Shown here: in pieces, positions 63,804 to 64,000 of the stretch
Position numbering within the stretch: the stretch's first letter is position 1
How the letters are laid out: each line of letters begins with the position of its first letter
Virus record (IMG/VR): IMGVR_UViG_3300023179_000009
Location: 310,001 to 374,000 of that record
Strand: one strand, 5' to 3'
DNA length: 64,000 nucleotides
Translations under genes and position numbers: made by a program
The notes under the pieces: generated by a model
Told to the model about the DNA's origin: nothing
Seen by the model: the letters and a program-made list of their open reading frames with translations, nothing else
Database searches by the model: none

Positions 63804-64000
63804 CCATCTTACAACATTAAGAAATAAAAGTCCATAGTGTTTTTAAGAATTTTTTGACGAACAAGCATCTAGACGAAAAAAATTTTTTTTGTTAAGATTA
63901 AATAACAACTCTTAATTTAAGGAAAAAAATGAAAAGAAAAGTTTGGGTTATAGAAGAAATCGAAGTTGATGGCCAAATCAACCACAGGCAAACAGAGATA

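Noticed and set aside
1-64000. Alternative genetic code (stop-codon reassignment)
   Set aside because: Long genes are intact under the standard code, and TAA, TAG and TGA all terminate ORFs at sensible positions.

Overview
This is a 64 kb fragment of a large tailed dsDNA phage (T4-like or jumbo style), read with the standard genetic code. No capsid, terminase, polymerase or integrase gene is visible in the window. The host is uncertain; weak hints point to Planctomycetota. The dominant feature is a ~45 kb array (about 3.9-48.8 kb) of tiny co-oriented genes, tRNAs and non-coding units. They are separated by about 85 hand-counted copies of one asymmetric motif, T(G/A)ATACCAACTAG, all on the + strand. 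The motif usually supplies the stop codon of the upstream gene. It is often followed by N4-GTGT and a GC-rich hairpin closed by CTAG...CTAG, then an RBS and the next gene. The array is polarised: GC content and motif/hairpin integrity rise toward its right end, then composition drops abruptly to AT-rich at about 48.85 kb. Cargo includes an AcrIII-1 (DUF1874) ring-nuclease homologue, four RNA-end-repair-type enzymes, a bL12-like protein, HNH endonucleases and seven tRNAs. Two tRNAs are split by group I introns: Leu-UAA (carrying an HNH gene) and Gln-UUG. The array also holds an IS200/IS605 mini-element and several structured non-coding cassettes. Right of the array lies an AT-rich module: a DUF262+HNH protein, an ART-like protein, glycosyltransferases, a delta-60 propeller, a flavoprotein and HU. 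It has TATAAATA late-type promoters and many proteins with a T4 capsid-targeting-like N-terminus. All family calls come from motif recognition by eye, with no database searches.
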